The notes beneath the pieces were generated by a model. The model was not told the origin of the DNA. It was given only the letters and a program-made list of their open reading frames with translations, and ran no database searches. DNA of 61,384 nucleotides, counting the filler, from Sphacelaria rigidula (taxonomy: Eukaryota), in assembly GCA_964200075.2 (NCBI GenBank). It is 6 parts of 6 records of this genome, joined end to end, with 100 filler letters (N's around TTAATTAATTAA, not from the genome) between each part and the next. Parts side by side here need not be neighbours in the genome. Positions count along the whole stretch, not along the records: positions 1 to 10,148 come from CAXNAA020007031.1; positions 10,249 to 20,396 come from CAXNAA020007032.1; 4 more parts are not named here. One strand, 5' to 3'. Position numbers and translations under genes: made by a program. Position 1 is the stretch's first letter. Each line of letters opens with the position of its first letter. Below are positions 1 to 12,992 of the stretch, one piece after another.

Positions 1-852
1 GAAAGGATTTGCGGAACACCCGGCGTTCTTCATACCCCCCTATGTTGCCTGTCTGCCTATATTACGGGCGCAGGGGGGGGGGGGCTACTTCTGAAAAACC
101 GAGGAAAAAGGGTCGCGGCGCGGCCGTCATTGCTCCGCGTAGGGATCACAGTCGTACGTAGGTTTCTCCGTGGCTTTTCTAGCCACCTTGGGTCCTCTTG
201 GTCGCGGCTTAGTCGCATCCTCCACAAGCTGTAACGAAGCGCAGGTGAAGAAACGCATCGGACGAAGGTCATTTTCCGACAACCACAGCGGCAATGTCGG
301 ACGAAGTAACTGACAAATAATTGCAAACAAACGCGCACACAATAGGGTCGCGCCACGGCGTTTTCTACACTGTTTACGACCCCCTCAGTAATGCAGAGCG
401 ATCTCTTCCTGGGGATATGACATGCATCATTTTCGAGCATCCGAACGTGCGCCGTCTGACGAAGAGCAAACTCCAACAACCTGAGAGCTACTGCTGTTGA
501 GCCCTCATTACAGCATGGTCACCTGGGCGATTATCGCATCGTCGCTGGGGTCGATCCCGCCGCGTGTTTCTAAATCCGCTTCATCCCGTTCAATCGTGAC
601 GCAGGGCCCTAAGCCGCACATGCCAAGGCAGGAACAAGTGTCTACCTAAAAATTTCACGAAGGGGAACACGAGATGCGGGGGGGGGGTCGGGTAGGTGGC
701 GGGCGATTCCTACGAATGAGTGATGGGCTTCTCGCAGAAGTCGAACTTTGGCTTCACGAATCACCTTTCCCACGAGACAATGACCTGGACTCTAGTTATT
801 CTCCGTACTCTCGCACCTACTCCTTATCCTGTAATGAGGATCCTCTTAGCTA

Positions 853-970
853 CCCTTTTGGAACCCATGGACGATTTCTGGTTGTGTGAATCGTCATCAT
901 TTTCAGTCATGTTCAAGTCAAAATGATACCGGTTCACGAGAACAAGAATCGTCAGGGGGCTCAAAACGGG
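853..970. mobile_element. Diverged palindromic MITE, piggyBac-type ends (same family as 16374-16491)
   Basis: CCCTTTTGGAA...GTGAATCGTCATCATTTT...AAAATGATACCGGTTCAC...CAAAACGGG folds back on itself and aligns by eye along its length to 16374-16491. Confidence 0.65.
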
Positions 971-3222
971 TTGAGCGGGGGACAGAGGGGCGACAGAAAC
1001 AACACATTAAGCGACCTTATCTTCGGAAATGCCGAGCTTTGTCCTTTCAAAACAAATGTACATGCTGCACGATAGATTTCGGAAAATCTCAACGAGATGC
1101 GGAAGTGAGACCGACTTTTTGTGGCAAGAAATCTGCAGAAATGAAAATCTGGGGAGTGCGATAATCAATCGATGAATCGATCAATCAAATTAAATCAAAT
1201 CCGCCACGCGTGAAGACAATGTTGACCCGCGGGTTGAGTCTTTGGATCTCCTGTCGCTTGGGAGATGTCCGTCGGGTGGCTGGAAGGGTCCAAAGATATC
1301 TCTTGCACACACATATGCGGAGTAGAATAAATTCGAGCAATACGGCGAAATGCCCAGAGTCGAGGATCGAAACATTGTCCTTGTTTGTCCCCCGCTAGCC
1401 TTCGAACATGACTGGGGGCTCGAAAAGTCAGCACTCGATACGAGACCACGTACAAGACTCCAACTCCCAACACTTGCTTGTCCGCAGACTTGTCGCCGTA
1501 AAGTCGATCGTCAGAATCGCCGCAAGATCAAGCACTGTCAACCACGGGCAACGTCAAGGCATGCATGTCCGTACTGTGGACTGCAAGCTGCACAAGGGTC
1601 AACACCCAAGAGTGTTCTGTCTTCACGCAGGGGCGGTACCAATTTTCTTCTGAGAAAAAGCTCGCCCCAAAAGTTCAAAAAGGAGAGGGACAAAGGGGGT
1701 GGTCGGGCTGCCGTGGTGGGATATATCTGTACTGAAAGACTTGACTCCAGTATGAATTCGAAAAAACGAGTTGCTTTCAGAATGGCATAAAAGATACTTG
1801 GTCCAAGTATGGTGTCTAGTACAGCTGACATGATTCGAGATACAGTGAAAAGTCACTGCGGGTAGGATGAGAGCCAAGTTTGACCCAAAACTAACTGCGC
1901 GCCAGGTGATCGTGGTCTTCTGTGGCGCCCAGTCTCACACGTGACAAATTTCCATCGTGAATATGTTGCAAGTCAACGACACCGACTGATTTATGCGGCA
2001 TAGGCACCCTGTGTGCAACACAGCTAACAGCAGTGCCAACGTGAGAATTAGAAAACAAAATTACGTAGTTTGTGGGGGAGAATTGTAACCAAAAACGTGA
2101 TCGGTAGAGAGGTGGGCTCCACATATCCAATCCCGTACCTTCCCCCGTCCTCCACCTAAAATAGTGGCAAGTACAAGTTTGAGGTGTAGGGTTGACACAT
2201 CGCATGATCTCCAAGAGGCCCATGGTGAAGTATAATATTACATTTTAGTTGGACACTTTTTTTTTACAGAAATGCAGATATAGTTCAGTTCCCCCCCTAC
2301 GTTTTACAAAACGCTTTCACCAAAACGAAGGATTGTAAGACCCGAGCACACCCGCCGAAGGTTCAGAAAGGGCGCGCTTCGTGTGGTTGATCACTTCGTT
2401 GTGTCTCGCACACGCATACATGATGTACCACGGGAACGTCCGTCATCACTACAGACGGGTGCGAAAGTGTCCGGTGATATGTTTCAAGCGTACACCCGTC
2501 ATCATCAGCACTCAGCAATAGCGATACACACGCTGTACTGTACAATATTCACGCATGAGCATAATTTATGCTGTGAATGGCCTGTACCACATGGTAGTGG
2601 TAGTCCTCCAGTGTGCCCCGTCCTACAATCCCAAAAACGCCACAGCCGTGGGCTGAGCCAAATAAAGTCCCCAGAGTTGTGTTTGGATAGGGTAAACCCG
2701 AGAGGGTTTTTTTTTGTGCATACTAAAACCATACCTAAATGTGTTCTGATCATTCCGGTGTGGTTCGGCAGGGTGTCGACCCGTGTTCCGAACACTCTGG
2801 CATGGTTCGGAAGGGTATTTACCGATAAAAACCACTTTCGATACTTTTGATAAATACCCGAACTTCAGCCTGTATACCCTACAGGACACAACCATGGAAG
2901 TTGCGCTCGAACGAACACGTTCTTTGTTTCAGGATTGTACATGTTTTGAATGCCGTCGATGGCTCCTACACCCATGCCCGGCCGACGCCATCGAAAACGC
3001 AAACGACGAGCAACACGTGCGTGCCCTCGTACAAGATACGTGTGGCCTAGTGCTACGGTACTATGCTCACAGTCAAAACCCAGAGCAATCGTTTTGGTGA
3101 GCGAGGATTGACGTGAGTGTAGTACCGTAGCACATCAGGGGTGTGGCGATTTTGCATGCCCTAGTATACAATGTAACTAAGGGTAACGGCGACGTGCTGT
3201 ACGCTTTGGAACTTTATTGTTG

Positions 3223-4940
3223 GGGTAGTTGCCTAGAAAAGGTATACCTTCTTGTTTTTTGCCCAAGAAAGGTACAAAAACTGACCAGAGCCGCAAAAAC
3301 AGCAAAACACACAATCTAGATCGTTTTCGCTCCGAATTTTGCACGTACATCAATCGGGGGGCGCCTTGGTATCCGGGCCTGGAAAAAAAAGCAGAAAAAA
3401 ACATGCTACTCGCGATATACGCCATGCGCAAAAGGACGCCTCGCCTCCAGAACCCACTTCCCCTTACTAGGCCAAATACCCACCGGGTATACGAGATCTA
3501 GGAATTGTTTTCAATCATACCTTATCTTGGCCACCAGTTGATCGATACAGTATCTGTTCTTGGCCATCGCTTCTACACTGTACTTCATACGGCACACTGC
3601 GCGCAAGGGAGTCCACGCGCCAACTGCAACCATTGCGCCCACAAATTATTTTCCTGCTCATTTGCAGTTCACGGACGCCACAACGATCAGGCCCCTTCCT
3701 CCCCGGGAATGGTTCCCGAATCTCTCCGCATCGACACAAGAACTGGACTCACAACCCACAACGCGTCGGTCCTTGGTGCTTGCGGAGAATCATGTAACGT
3801 CGCGCTGTTGCGATCTCGGGGCTGGTGTCAGGGTCAAGCTAGGCTCTGCCGTCACCAACGGATGGTCATCACATCATCGATGGTTGATCCAAGGAACGGA
3901 TAAGAACCGCCAGGCATGTCAAAATACGGACAGTGCAGTTATAGCGTTCAACCTTACAGAGTAACATACACCCAACAGAAACACCCCGGGAACACACCTA
4001 TCACATCTACCATCGGACCGTGCGTGACAATCACCAACGACGAGCGAGAAGGTCAGATCTTGTTCTCAACTTCATGCCGTGTAGACGTTGTTGTTAGCGC
4101 AAATGAAGGCAGGGCCAATACATTGTAGAAGTAGTGAAGAGAGGGAACAACAAGATGGGTGTCATGAGCTTCGCGTCATTTTTGCTGCCTCATGTACCAC
4201 TAGGGATATTCACACGGGCTCGGTGGGGCCTCTCGATACATGCGTGACGATTCTTATCCGTTTCTTGGACCAATCATCGACAATGTGATAACCATCCGTT
4301 GGTGACGGAAGAGCCTAGCTTGACACTGACACCAGCCCCGAGATCGCAAAAGCGCGATGTTACATGACTCCTTGCAAGCACAAAAGACCGACACGTCGTG
4401 AGTCGGGACTGCAGCTCTTGTGTCGATGCGGAGAGATTCGGGAACCACTTCGGGGGAGAAAGCGACCTCATCGTTGTGGCGTCCGTGAACGGCAAATGAG
4501 CAGGAAAAGAGCCAAATGTGTGGGCGTAGTGGTTGAAGTTAGCCCGTGGACTCCCTTGCGCGCAGCGTGCCGCATCAGGTACAGTGTAGCAAGCGATGGC
4601 TCAGGATAGGTACGTTCTGGGCCAACGGGTGGCCCAGATAAGGTATGATTAAAAAAGAATTCTTGCATCAGGTATACCTGGCGGATATTTGGCCTAAAAA
4701 GGGGACATGGTTTCTCGAGGGGAGGCGCTTCCTTTTGCACCTGTTCGGACGTCGCAACCAACATGTTTATGGGTGTTTCTCGAGGCCCGGGTGCCAAGGA
4801 GCCCCCCGATTGATGTGCGTGAAAAATTCGGAGCGAAAACGGTCTAGATTGTATGTTCTGCTCTTCTTGCGTTTCTGGTCAGTTTTTGTTCCTTTCTTGA
4901 GCAAAAAACGATAAGGTATACCTTTCCTAGGTTATTGCCC
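3223..4940. repeat. Long inverted repeat / foldback element, arms ~3223-3919 and ~4238-4940, ~320-bp spacer
   Basis: The arms are diverged reverse complements. Mirrored ORF peptides MVPESLRIDTR...PRNG appear at 3505-3903(+) and 4254-4448(-), and RPG[YC]QGAPRLM at 3177-3431(-) and 4645-4914(+). Confidence 0.9.
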
Positions 4941-5799
4941 TTGCTGTTATTTTCATCCTTTTCCGTTCATTACCCCGATCACTCGGACCCGTGGTCGGAC
5001 GTTGGCTCGTCTTTCCAATACCGACCTGCCATCCCCTTACAGAAGATGGAGCTCTCATTTTTTCTTCTGAGACTCGAAAAAAATCGAATAACACCACTGA
5101 AAAAGCAAGACGAAAGAGAGAGACATTAAGAAAACAAAATATACAGTACCCTGCCCCCGAGTCGATCGGGGTGAGGTAAGAAGACAAAACCCATCAGATT
5201 AGTGTTTTAAGTATAAAGAAGCAGAAAAAGGGGAAGAACGACAGGAACCGGCACCACTGACATTGACGATTTGTACAACGGAGGTGGATTCCACAACCGA
5301 CGACCGATGTACATGACACAACTGGACACTTGACCGCGAGCGTGCTCCTATTGGATAAATTGGCCCGACTACGGCGGGGTGTTTGCTTTGCATCCAAATC
5401 TTACACGGCTGAAACTCACAGTGGCAAAAACCAATTCTCCGCAAGGGAACATACCCCTGTAAGTTATGATCGCTGACGAGGGAAGACAATCAAAACAATG
5501 TCTACGTGACCATTGTCCAAATGCCTTGTCTGCTCTGACATTTCTGATCAAAACAGTTTGGAATTTGTTCTGTCAGGCTTGAAAAAATGAACCCGGGTCG
5601 GAGAAGTCCCTACACGCGCAGCGCGCACGGTCTGCGGGACTGTAGAGAAGTAAGCTGGGAACGGTGTCCGAGGATCCGTCGCTTTACTTCAGCACATGTT
5701 TTTCATGCGCACTAGGCCACGATCCCATCGCCCGACATGCGCATCGAGCGCCTGTACCGGCTCTACAGAATAAAGTGCGTCTGTACCAGAGAATGGAGA

Positions 5800-7420
5800 A
5801 AAATGGGTGACGGCCGAACGGAACCGACACTTCATGATCTCTGGTTATGTAGATCATGTTGGTAGAAGATTTACAGCATGAACGGGGTATCGAGAGAAGG
5901 GCTGCTGTAGGTTTCTCGATGGTTCCGTTTTCATCTGTATTTCCGTTGTTTGTGTCGAGAAAAGAGCGAAAAAAAAACTCACATATGCTTTTTTTGTTTA
6001 TTGTTCCAAGATGGGTTTTTACATATGCTGGTGCCCTTAACTCAAAAAATATGAAAAAAAAAGTCTGCGTTGGGAAGACCATGGGGAAATCTTCATTTCA
6101 CAAATGGGTCGACGGGTGAGGCGTGGGCTCACCAAACATAAAACCAAAACGTCCCTCAATCAAGTCGCAACATAGCAGTGATTCCCGCGACTTCAGATGC
6201 TTTCTTGGTATTTCCTCGACAATGGGCATCTGTGCATGAATAATGAGGCGTTTCACCGGGGATGGGAGGAACAGCTCCGCAAAGGTATTTTGTTCCCAAG
6301 CAGAAGGGGGTAGCAACCCGTGGGAGGGAATTGGTGGAATTAAATTAATCCCAATGCTAAGATTAAGGAGTGAGTTATACCCGTGGTAATTTGAAAAGAT
6401 AAATAGACGTGGGTGTGGATGGCGAATACTTTTGGTGACGTAACAACTTCGTCGTAACAGGAGAAAAAGATGGATTATTTATTTCATGGACGGAGAACGA
6501 GCAACAGGCAGGATGTCCCTCCCTCGCGGACTTTTGCGTTTGCCGCAGTAGTGAAAATGGAATGGTTTGTTCGAAAGTGCTGATCCTACACTTTCTCTTC
6601 CGCAGTGGTCGATTCTACTGAAATTCCGAAGGGAGCTCTGGGTGAAAGACGTCTGCATCGGACGTGTTATCCACTGCACTGTGAGTAGTCACCCACGTCG
6701 CAGGGTACGCCGCTGGCGCTGTGCAAAGCATAGACCATGAGATGTAGATAGGTTGCATGACAGCCAAATGCAAGGCTGCGCCGGTCGTTGTCTTGTTTTC
6801 TTCAGACAATTTCACACGCCCCTGGAGTTTCGTTGGTGATGGCGAATATTGCGGGTTTTGGGGGCTGGATGCTGCACACTTGCTTTATCCTCATTTTTTT
6901 TCGGGGCAAACTACAGCACTCAGCGAGCATAACCGACTATGAGAACGATTGAAATGCATCAATCATATGAGGAGCAGCGTATAATGGACACGTTGAAGCA
7001 AACTGAGGTGGCGAAAGACGAGGGAGGGCAGGGTTTGTCGCTGGTGTGGTGGGTATCACCCTCCACCCCTGCGCGGAACAGCTCCGTGGTGTTGCAAGGG
7101 ATTACTGCTCTCGTCATATATCACTTAGGACGTCTTTAAGGCAACGTTAATAACCTTGAGATCTTCAGCGTTCTATTTCGAAAGATTTAGCGGGTTCGCA
7201 CAAGCCTCGTCAACTGAACATCTTGCTCCAAGTCCGATAAAGAGTTGAATAAAACTACATGACTTGACGTTAGTGCGGCCGGCGCCTAGGCGGGTTCGTT
7301 CTGTTGTAAACACCGCTTTTTGCCAACATCAGATGCACGAACCTCCTGCGCTGCATTGTGGAGTGTCTCGGAACAAGAAAGACGCACACGTCGTGTGCAC
7401 AACATAATAAATCCATCGCA
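5800..7420 (+). pseudogene. Decayed piggyBac-like (DDE_Tnp_1_7) transposase
   Basis: Ordered motifs across stops and frameshifts: KMG..EPTLHDLW...VSREGLL*VSRWFRF (5800-5935; cf. MG..PS.RDYW..MSRNRF..ILRFLRF), VCVGKTM (6063; cf. L.VDESM), VWMANTFGDV..LFHGRRTSNRQDVP (6413-6520; cf. VTMDNWF..VGTLRKNKREIP), DTLKQ (~6990), VIYHL...NVNN (7113-7155), and a Cys-rich tail RCIVECLGTRKTHTSC (~7345-7400). Confidence 0.6.
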
Positions 7421-7969
7421 TAAGGATTGACGGGATTTCATCCATGCCGCAAATAGAATAACGCGACAGGAGTTGGAAAACATTCCAAGTGCGCGGACAT
7501 CAAGGCGTTCTTGACTTAGCTTCAGCACGCAACCCGTATTCAACACGGACCGTGACGTGTTGTGCTGGCTTTCAAACACAAAGGACAGGCTGTTCGACAA
7601 AAATGTAAACTCCAAATATGCACAGAAATGACGTGATATTTGCCTATAACCCCTCGGGAACCGGGCCTCGTTTTGGGTGCAGTATTTTCAGCTGGCAGTC
7701 CCGCGGGAGAAGTGCATATCATGCTGTCGTTACCTAGCGTTTGGGACATGATGCTGTACAGCGGTCCGCCGTTGTTCTTCCCCTCTCTGGTTTGCAAAAC
7801 ACTATCATCGAACGGTCTTACACAAGCCCGTGGCTTCAACCCTTTTGGACCCGACCCGGTTTTAGCACTACGTGAACGTACTGTTGGCGATGTCTTTTTT
7901 TTATTCTCCAGTGGTGATGAACCGCTTACATCAGCGGAGGGCGGAGCTGTCGAGCGCCCATCAACTCAA

Positions 7970-8054
7970 AAACGGGCACTTGTTTTTTGTTCAAAAGGGG
8001 CACGCGTGCCGTAAACGGGCACTTGTTTTTTGTTCAAACGGGGCACGCGTGCCG
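7970..8054. repeat. 43-bp tandem duplication
   Basis: AAACGGGCACTTGTTTTTTGTTCAAA(A/C)GGGGCACGCGTGCCG occurs twice head-to-tail. Confidence 0.9.
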
Positions 8055-8081
8055 CGGGGATAGCATGTCCGTGCACAATAA

Positions 8082-8390
8082 TTAAATGATTCTACAGCGA
8101 CGGATGAGCGAGACACGAATATAGTGTTTAGGCGATGTGGACCCTTCCGGGGTCAAGATTACTCGAATTTTGCTCCGAGAAGTCCTCAAAGGAACGTATG
8201 CTCGTTCATCATTAAGGTTTGGAGTACTCGTACGATAAACGTTAGAAAACCCCCTGCGTAACGGCCCAACCCTCCGTAGACACAACCCGTCCAAATTACC
8301 GACGCTAGTGAGCAGCTGAGGGATAGGATAACCCGAGCGTTTCAGACGACTGCAATACGCAGCAACGGTGGGGGTTGCCACTCTGCTCAC
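8082..8390 (-). mobile_element. Probable 5' fragment of a brown-algal RTE-like LINE
   Basis: The stop-free frame ...LDGLCLRRVGPLRRGFSNVYRTSTPNLNDERAYVP...GSTSPKHYIRVSLIRRCRII resembles, from recollection only, the region upstream of the endonuclease in an abundant phaeophyte LINE. It ends abruptly at ~8082. Confidence 0.35.
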
Positions 8391-8508
8391 CCGCTCCAGT
8401 CACGACTAGCAGCAGCGTCATCGGGGGCACAAGCCGTCAGCGACTTCTGCACACAAATTGGTTCACGGACGGATTTGATTGGCACGGCTCTCCGCGTGCG
8501 TACTTTAT

Positions 8509-8545
8509 TGTACTGTCTGTACTGTCTGTACTGTCTGTACTGTAC
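8509..8545. repeat. 9-bp microsatellite (GTACTGTCT)n
   Basis: Three to four tandem copies are visible directly. Confidence 0.85.
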
Positions 8546-9538
8546 GCTCGTCGTTCGCCACAACCCCTCAGAACATGTCATAGCTGCCCTGACTTCGAGC
8601 TGAGAGACACGTCTAGCGGTGACAACGATAGACGCAGATGGGTACATTACTCTTCTATGCGGCGATGTGATCCTGTGTCGCGCTGTGCTGCGCTTCGCTG
8701 TACTACCAATGTACTGTACTGCTGCACTTCTGGCTGTGACGGGTGGGCATGGATAAACCGCACGGATTTGAATTCATGATTGGTTGATTTTAATTATGTG
8801 CGCCATTCTCTGCACCAACAACCAGCGAGCAAAACGCACTGGCCGTTCTTGAAGGTGGAGCCCGTAAGGGATGGTCGATTGGCAATTGGCAGGGAAGGCA
8901 TGGCGAATGTGTTTTTGGACGCCATGTTATGAATGTTTTGTTTGATTCATACTTTGCCGCCAGGTTGTCCGTATGTCCCCCTCAAACTGCAAGTAATATG
9001 TCCACAAGTGATTATCTTGGTTTTTGGGCACTTCCGTATCACCAACTTGCTCTAGATAAGATCCTCTGAACGCGCGTAATATGGTCATTTTGTCTTTTAA
9101 TGTGGACCAAGCTACCGCTTTCCACGTGTTCTTCACGTGTCCATCTATGGTTCGCCTGAGGGATCCAGCGGAAAAGAGTTAAGTACAACACACAGCAATT
9201 TTTTACACCGAAACTGTCGTATGAAGCCCAGAGAGCTTGTATTCGCCAGAGAGAGCTATGTGCGGCGAACCTGCCGTGGTTATTTCACCAGGTAGTGTAG
9301 TTGCTTTCCGTAAGGATTTAATCCGCATCTTCCGCGAGCAAACATCCGGTTCAGAGGTCATTATTACATATTCACTCACAAAGCACCTAGTGAGATAACT
9401 CAACTTGCAATTGCCATGCACGGTCAAGACACTCTTCACATCCGCACCAGCACATGAATTTCGACAGTGATACATCGTTGCCACAAGTGAAAAAAAGCGT
9501 AACGCCTGAGTAGCGACGCAAAACACGAGGAAATAATC

Positions 9539-10083
9539 CACAGGTCGGACGAGTAATTACTCGTTGTCGGTGTCGGACGAGTCATTACTCGTTCAGACAA
9601 GTGCCCTCGTGAGTGTTTTTCCAAAACATAACGAGCATGACTCGAGTGCTCGCCCTATTAAGTTTTTCCACAACGAGCAATGACTCGCGTGCTTGCCCTA
9701 TTAATTTTTCTACAAGGAGCGATGACTCGAGTGCTCGCCCTATTAATTTTGTCCACAACGAGCAATGACTCGAGTGCTCGCCCTATTAATTTTTCCACAA
9801 CAAGCAATGACTCGAGTGCTTGCCCTATTAACTTTTTCCACAATGAGCAATGACTCGAGTACTCGCCCTATTAATTTTGGCGGTCAACGAGCAGCCCAAC
9901 GAGTGCGAGTGCCACGAGTCACACTCGTGCTCGTCCCGTTGCTGGTTCGCCAGCATCTTTACTGGTAGAAGGGGGGTTGCTCATCGGTCGGCACCAAATG
10001 GCACTGCTATTAAATGTGAATGTAAATGTACTACTCGAGAGATACGTACTCTTCGTCACTTTAGTAGAACTCTGATCTCTGTG
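9539..10083 (-). mobile_element. Non-autonomous CACAG...CTGTG element with six 42-43-bp tandem units (copy 1)
   Basis: Units GCAATGACTCGAGTGCTCGCCCTATTAA(T)nCCACAACGA at ~9635-9890. The unique part (GCTGGTTCGCCAGCATCTT; AGTAGAACTCTGATCTCTGTG) is the reverse complement of segments of 58315-60462. One end abuts (TG)n. Confidence 0.8.
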
Positions 10084-10148
10084 TGTGTGGGGGGGGGGGG
10101 CGTACTCATTTGTTGCTTGCCTTAGTCGTTTGACCATTGACCACGCAT

Positions 10149-10248
10149 NNNNNNNNNNNNNNNNNNNNNNNNNNNNNNNNNNNNNNNNNNNNTTAATTAA
10201 TTAANNNNNNNNNNNNNNNNNNNNNNNNNNNNNNNNNNNNNNNNNNNN
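10149..10248. other. Artificial contig linker
   Basis: N44-TTAATTAATTAA-N44; the central 12-mer puts stop codons in all six frames. Confidence 0.98.
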
Positions 10249-11849
10249 TGGTGATTCTATGTAGGTTGTGGGGGTTGTTTGTGTGGTTGTGTTGTGAGGG
10301 GGTCGAGGGGGTGTGGGTTGGGTGGGGGGGGGTTCTCCGCACCTGATTAGTTCAAAATAAGACGACAGTGAGTGGGTAGGTTTAGAGAAAAAACGTGCAC
10401 TGCTCTTGGGCGTATACCAAGAGCCTCGCGTGCGTGTCTTGCGTAGGACAACAAGGAGCTTTCACGACGGAACGTGCAGAACTGAAGCTGATATGATAGT
10501 ATTCGCTTGTAAGTAATTGTGTAGAAATCCAATTCTACACGATGAAGTCATAGCAGGCAAACTTGCCACCATGTTTAACGTCTCAGGACCTTACTAAAAT
10601 ATTAATAGTGTAGTGTGCGCCTCTCTCCCCCCCTCGGCCCCCCTCATACGGATCGAATCATTTTACATCCATCGGCAAATACACACTTTTCCAAATGCAG
10701 TACAATGCATACCGTACCATTCAGCACAGGTGTCTGTCTGGCTGCGCAAACGAGAGATATCGCAGGTGGTGGTCTTCAAGTATTATCACCGTGTGCGCGC
10801 TGTTCGTGCGTGCAGGGCGATTGACGACGCCTGGCGTGTAGGATCACGGGTCTGATATATCACATGTCAGGCCAAAATGGCTTGATGCGGTGGAATAGGG
10901 CGAGAACCTCAACACTGTTGTTGTACCATGTGCAACAACGTGCTTGCTCGTTAGAACTGGGGGGGCGTTACTTTTCCAGGGATAGCTATGTACCAGGCAT
11001 TTGTACCAGAAGCTCATGCCATCAATGGCGGCGATGACAACGGATCGAGAAAGAAACCTAGACAAAATCGAGCAGCTCGGGGAGATGATTCTACAGATGA
11101 CGAGCAGGATAGAGACCTGAGAGAGGACGGGCGAACTGTCTCGAGAATTTACGATGAGATCATCAGAGGTGCGCGCGTGGAGGGGCTCTAGTTGTCGATT
11201 AGAACTCCGCAAGCTTGGGTGTGTCCTTCGTTATTTATTCAGAAATGATAGCACTTCCTGTAGTTGCGATACTTCAGTGCGTACAGCACAACAGTTTATA
11301 GTAAAACTACCGTAGGTCACGGTAGGTTACACCCCCACGTGACTTGTTTTGAACGTAGGTTTCCTCGAAAGCAGGCCCTTGCATTCCGGAGATATTACAT
11401 TATTCCAGAAATTTCGACGAGATAACTTGAATGTCACAAACTTCCCATGGCACGGTCGCCCTCGATGTTGATGAGAATCGAGGTACCCATGCTTACGCTC
11501 CCTCCACCGACCCCGCAGAAGGCGCAAAATTACTCTCGCCGTACTGTACTGTACGGGGCTTTTGTTGTCGACCGTTCCTCAGGTTCTCGATTACACTTCA
11601 GTAGCAGCAAGCCACTCTGTGGCACGGTGGTGGTGTAGTTGCATATGCAGTATAATAGGCATATCGGCATATGCTGCCCATGCGAGGCACGAGCTGCTAC
11701 ATCAGCGAAATAATAGTGTTGTTGAGCCAAGAAGGTATGCACAAGCAGCAGAACATCATGACCGACTACAGTACAACCCTCTGACGACACACACTCCACC
11801 CCGCTCCGCTCCGCGTGATGGGTCTTACATTCTCCTTTTTCTCGAGAGA

Positions 11850-12145
11850 TGATGACAATTATAGCAATTATTCCGTCTCCCCCGTACTTCATAAAGTCAT
11901 TCGCTGTGTCGTGTGCCCCTCCTGCCTTTCTGTTCTCGAGTTTCGTTCCATACTCTTCACTTCCTCTCTTGTGAACTCTCTCTGTAATCATTTTCAACAC
12001 AAATCTTCCCGTTTTGATGTCTCTACATTTGCCTCTGCCCATGCGTTGGTTTCTTTCTCGGACTCGGCGTCGAACCGCTTGTCAGTTGCTGGTTTCCCTA
12101 GTTTTCTGTAGTGCTCTGCTAGTACTTCTCTCTCCCCCTTCGAAC
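11850..12145 (-). mobile_element. LINE (non-LTR retrotransposon) fragment, region leading into reverse transcriptase
   Basis: Frameshifted translation REVLAEHYRKLGKPATDKRFDAESEKETNAWAEANVETSKRED...LQREFTREEVK / KLENRKAGGAHDTANDFMKYGGDG matches the F(T/S)xEEVxxxxxxLKxxKAxGxD...KYGG pattern at the start of LINE RT domains. Confidence 0.8.
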
Positions 12146-12521
12146 TACCACGAGCTGGGCCAGACGACAGTCTTTTGTTTCGGTTTTACAGGTGATGCGG
12201 GGCTTGACTCTTTTGGGACCGACCCCCGACTAACACAGGGTTGACCCCTGTGTTCGTGAAATAATAAAAATTAAGTCAGGGAGCGACCTGCCCAATCACG
12301 ACGAGGCGATATTTATCGACCAGACCCGAACGACCAGCGCGGGGATTGTTGTCGAGTGTGATGCCACTGCAAAGATCGTGTGGAGGCCCTATCCCTAGCC
12401 CAGATAAGCCTTCCCAGGTTTCCAAATGTGGGGTGGTCGCAGCTTGGTTTCACGGTATTACTTGTATTATAGCGTTCCCGAGATTTTCCGGGGGGGTTGG
12501 GTCGCAAACAATTCTATACTA

Positions 12522-12992
12522 CGGCCAACTCTAATGGGACCCGTTCAAAATTCCTGTCGAAAACTGCCTTTGGGGCCCTTCTCCGTCGATTTACGCCCGT
12601 AAAGAGGGCTAGGCGGATGTTGACGCCTTGGAACGACTTGCTTCACTCGTTAAGACCGTTCTAGGGTAATTTGCATTTTCCGATGGCCGCACTTTTGTTT
12701 TTGGCCAAATCAGGCCAACCACGGAGTTTCAGTAAAAAACGGTCGGGTGATGAAAATTTCCGCCTATTTTTGATCGCTTGACCGTTTTTTATTGGATATC
12801 CGTGTCTGGCCAAAATTACAAGTGCGGCCAGCGGAAAATGCAAAGTTGCCCTGGAACGGTCTCAATGAGTAGAGCTAGTCGTTCCGAGGCGTCAACATCC
12901 ACCTAGCACTCGTTTCAGGCGTAAAACGACGGAGAAGGGGCAAGAAGGCAGTTTTGAACAGAAATTTTGAACAGCTCCCATTCCAGTCGGTC
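12522..12992. mobile_element. Palindromic MITE (~470 bp), TA-flanked, Tc1/mariner-like
   Basis: The left arm CGGCCAACTCTAATGGGACCCGTTCAAAATTCCTG...CCTTCTCCGTCG...GATGTTGACGCC is mirrored by the right arm GGCGTCAACATC...CGACGGAGAAGG...AATTTTGAACAGCTCCCATT. TA flanks both sides. Confidence 0.85.

Noticed and set aside
2688..2881. hAT-type MITE (TAGGGTA.AC ends)
   Set aside because: The TIR is only ~10 bp and there is no TSD. The same applies to TAGGG..CCCTA at ~19861-20214.
8880..9136. P2X7 C-terminal-like domain (KHIRHAFP)
   Set aside because: A single short match without the rest of the domain.
10730..11191. Two exon-like segments (VSVWLRKREISQ...; ...LDKIEQLGEMILQMTSRIET*)
   Set aside because: The most protein-like frame contains stops and no family is recognisable.
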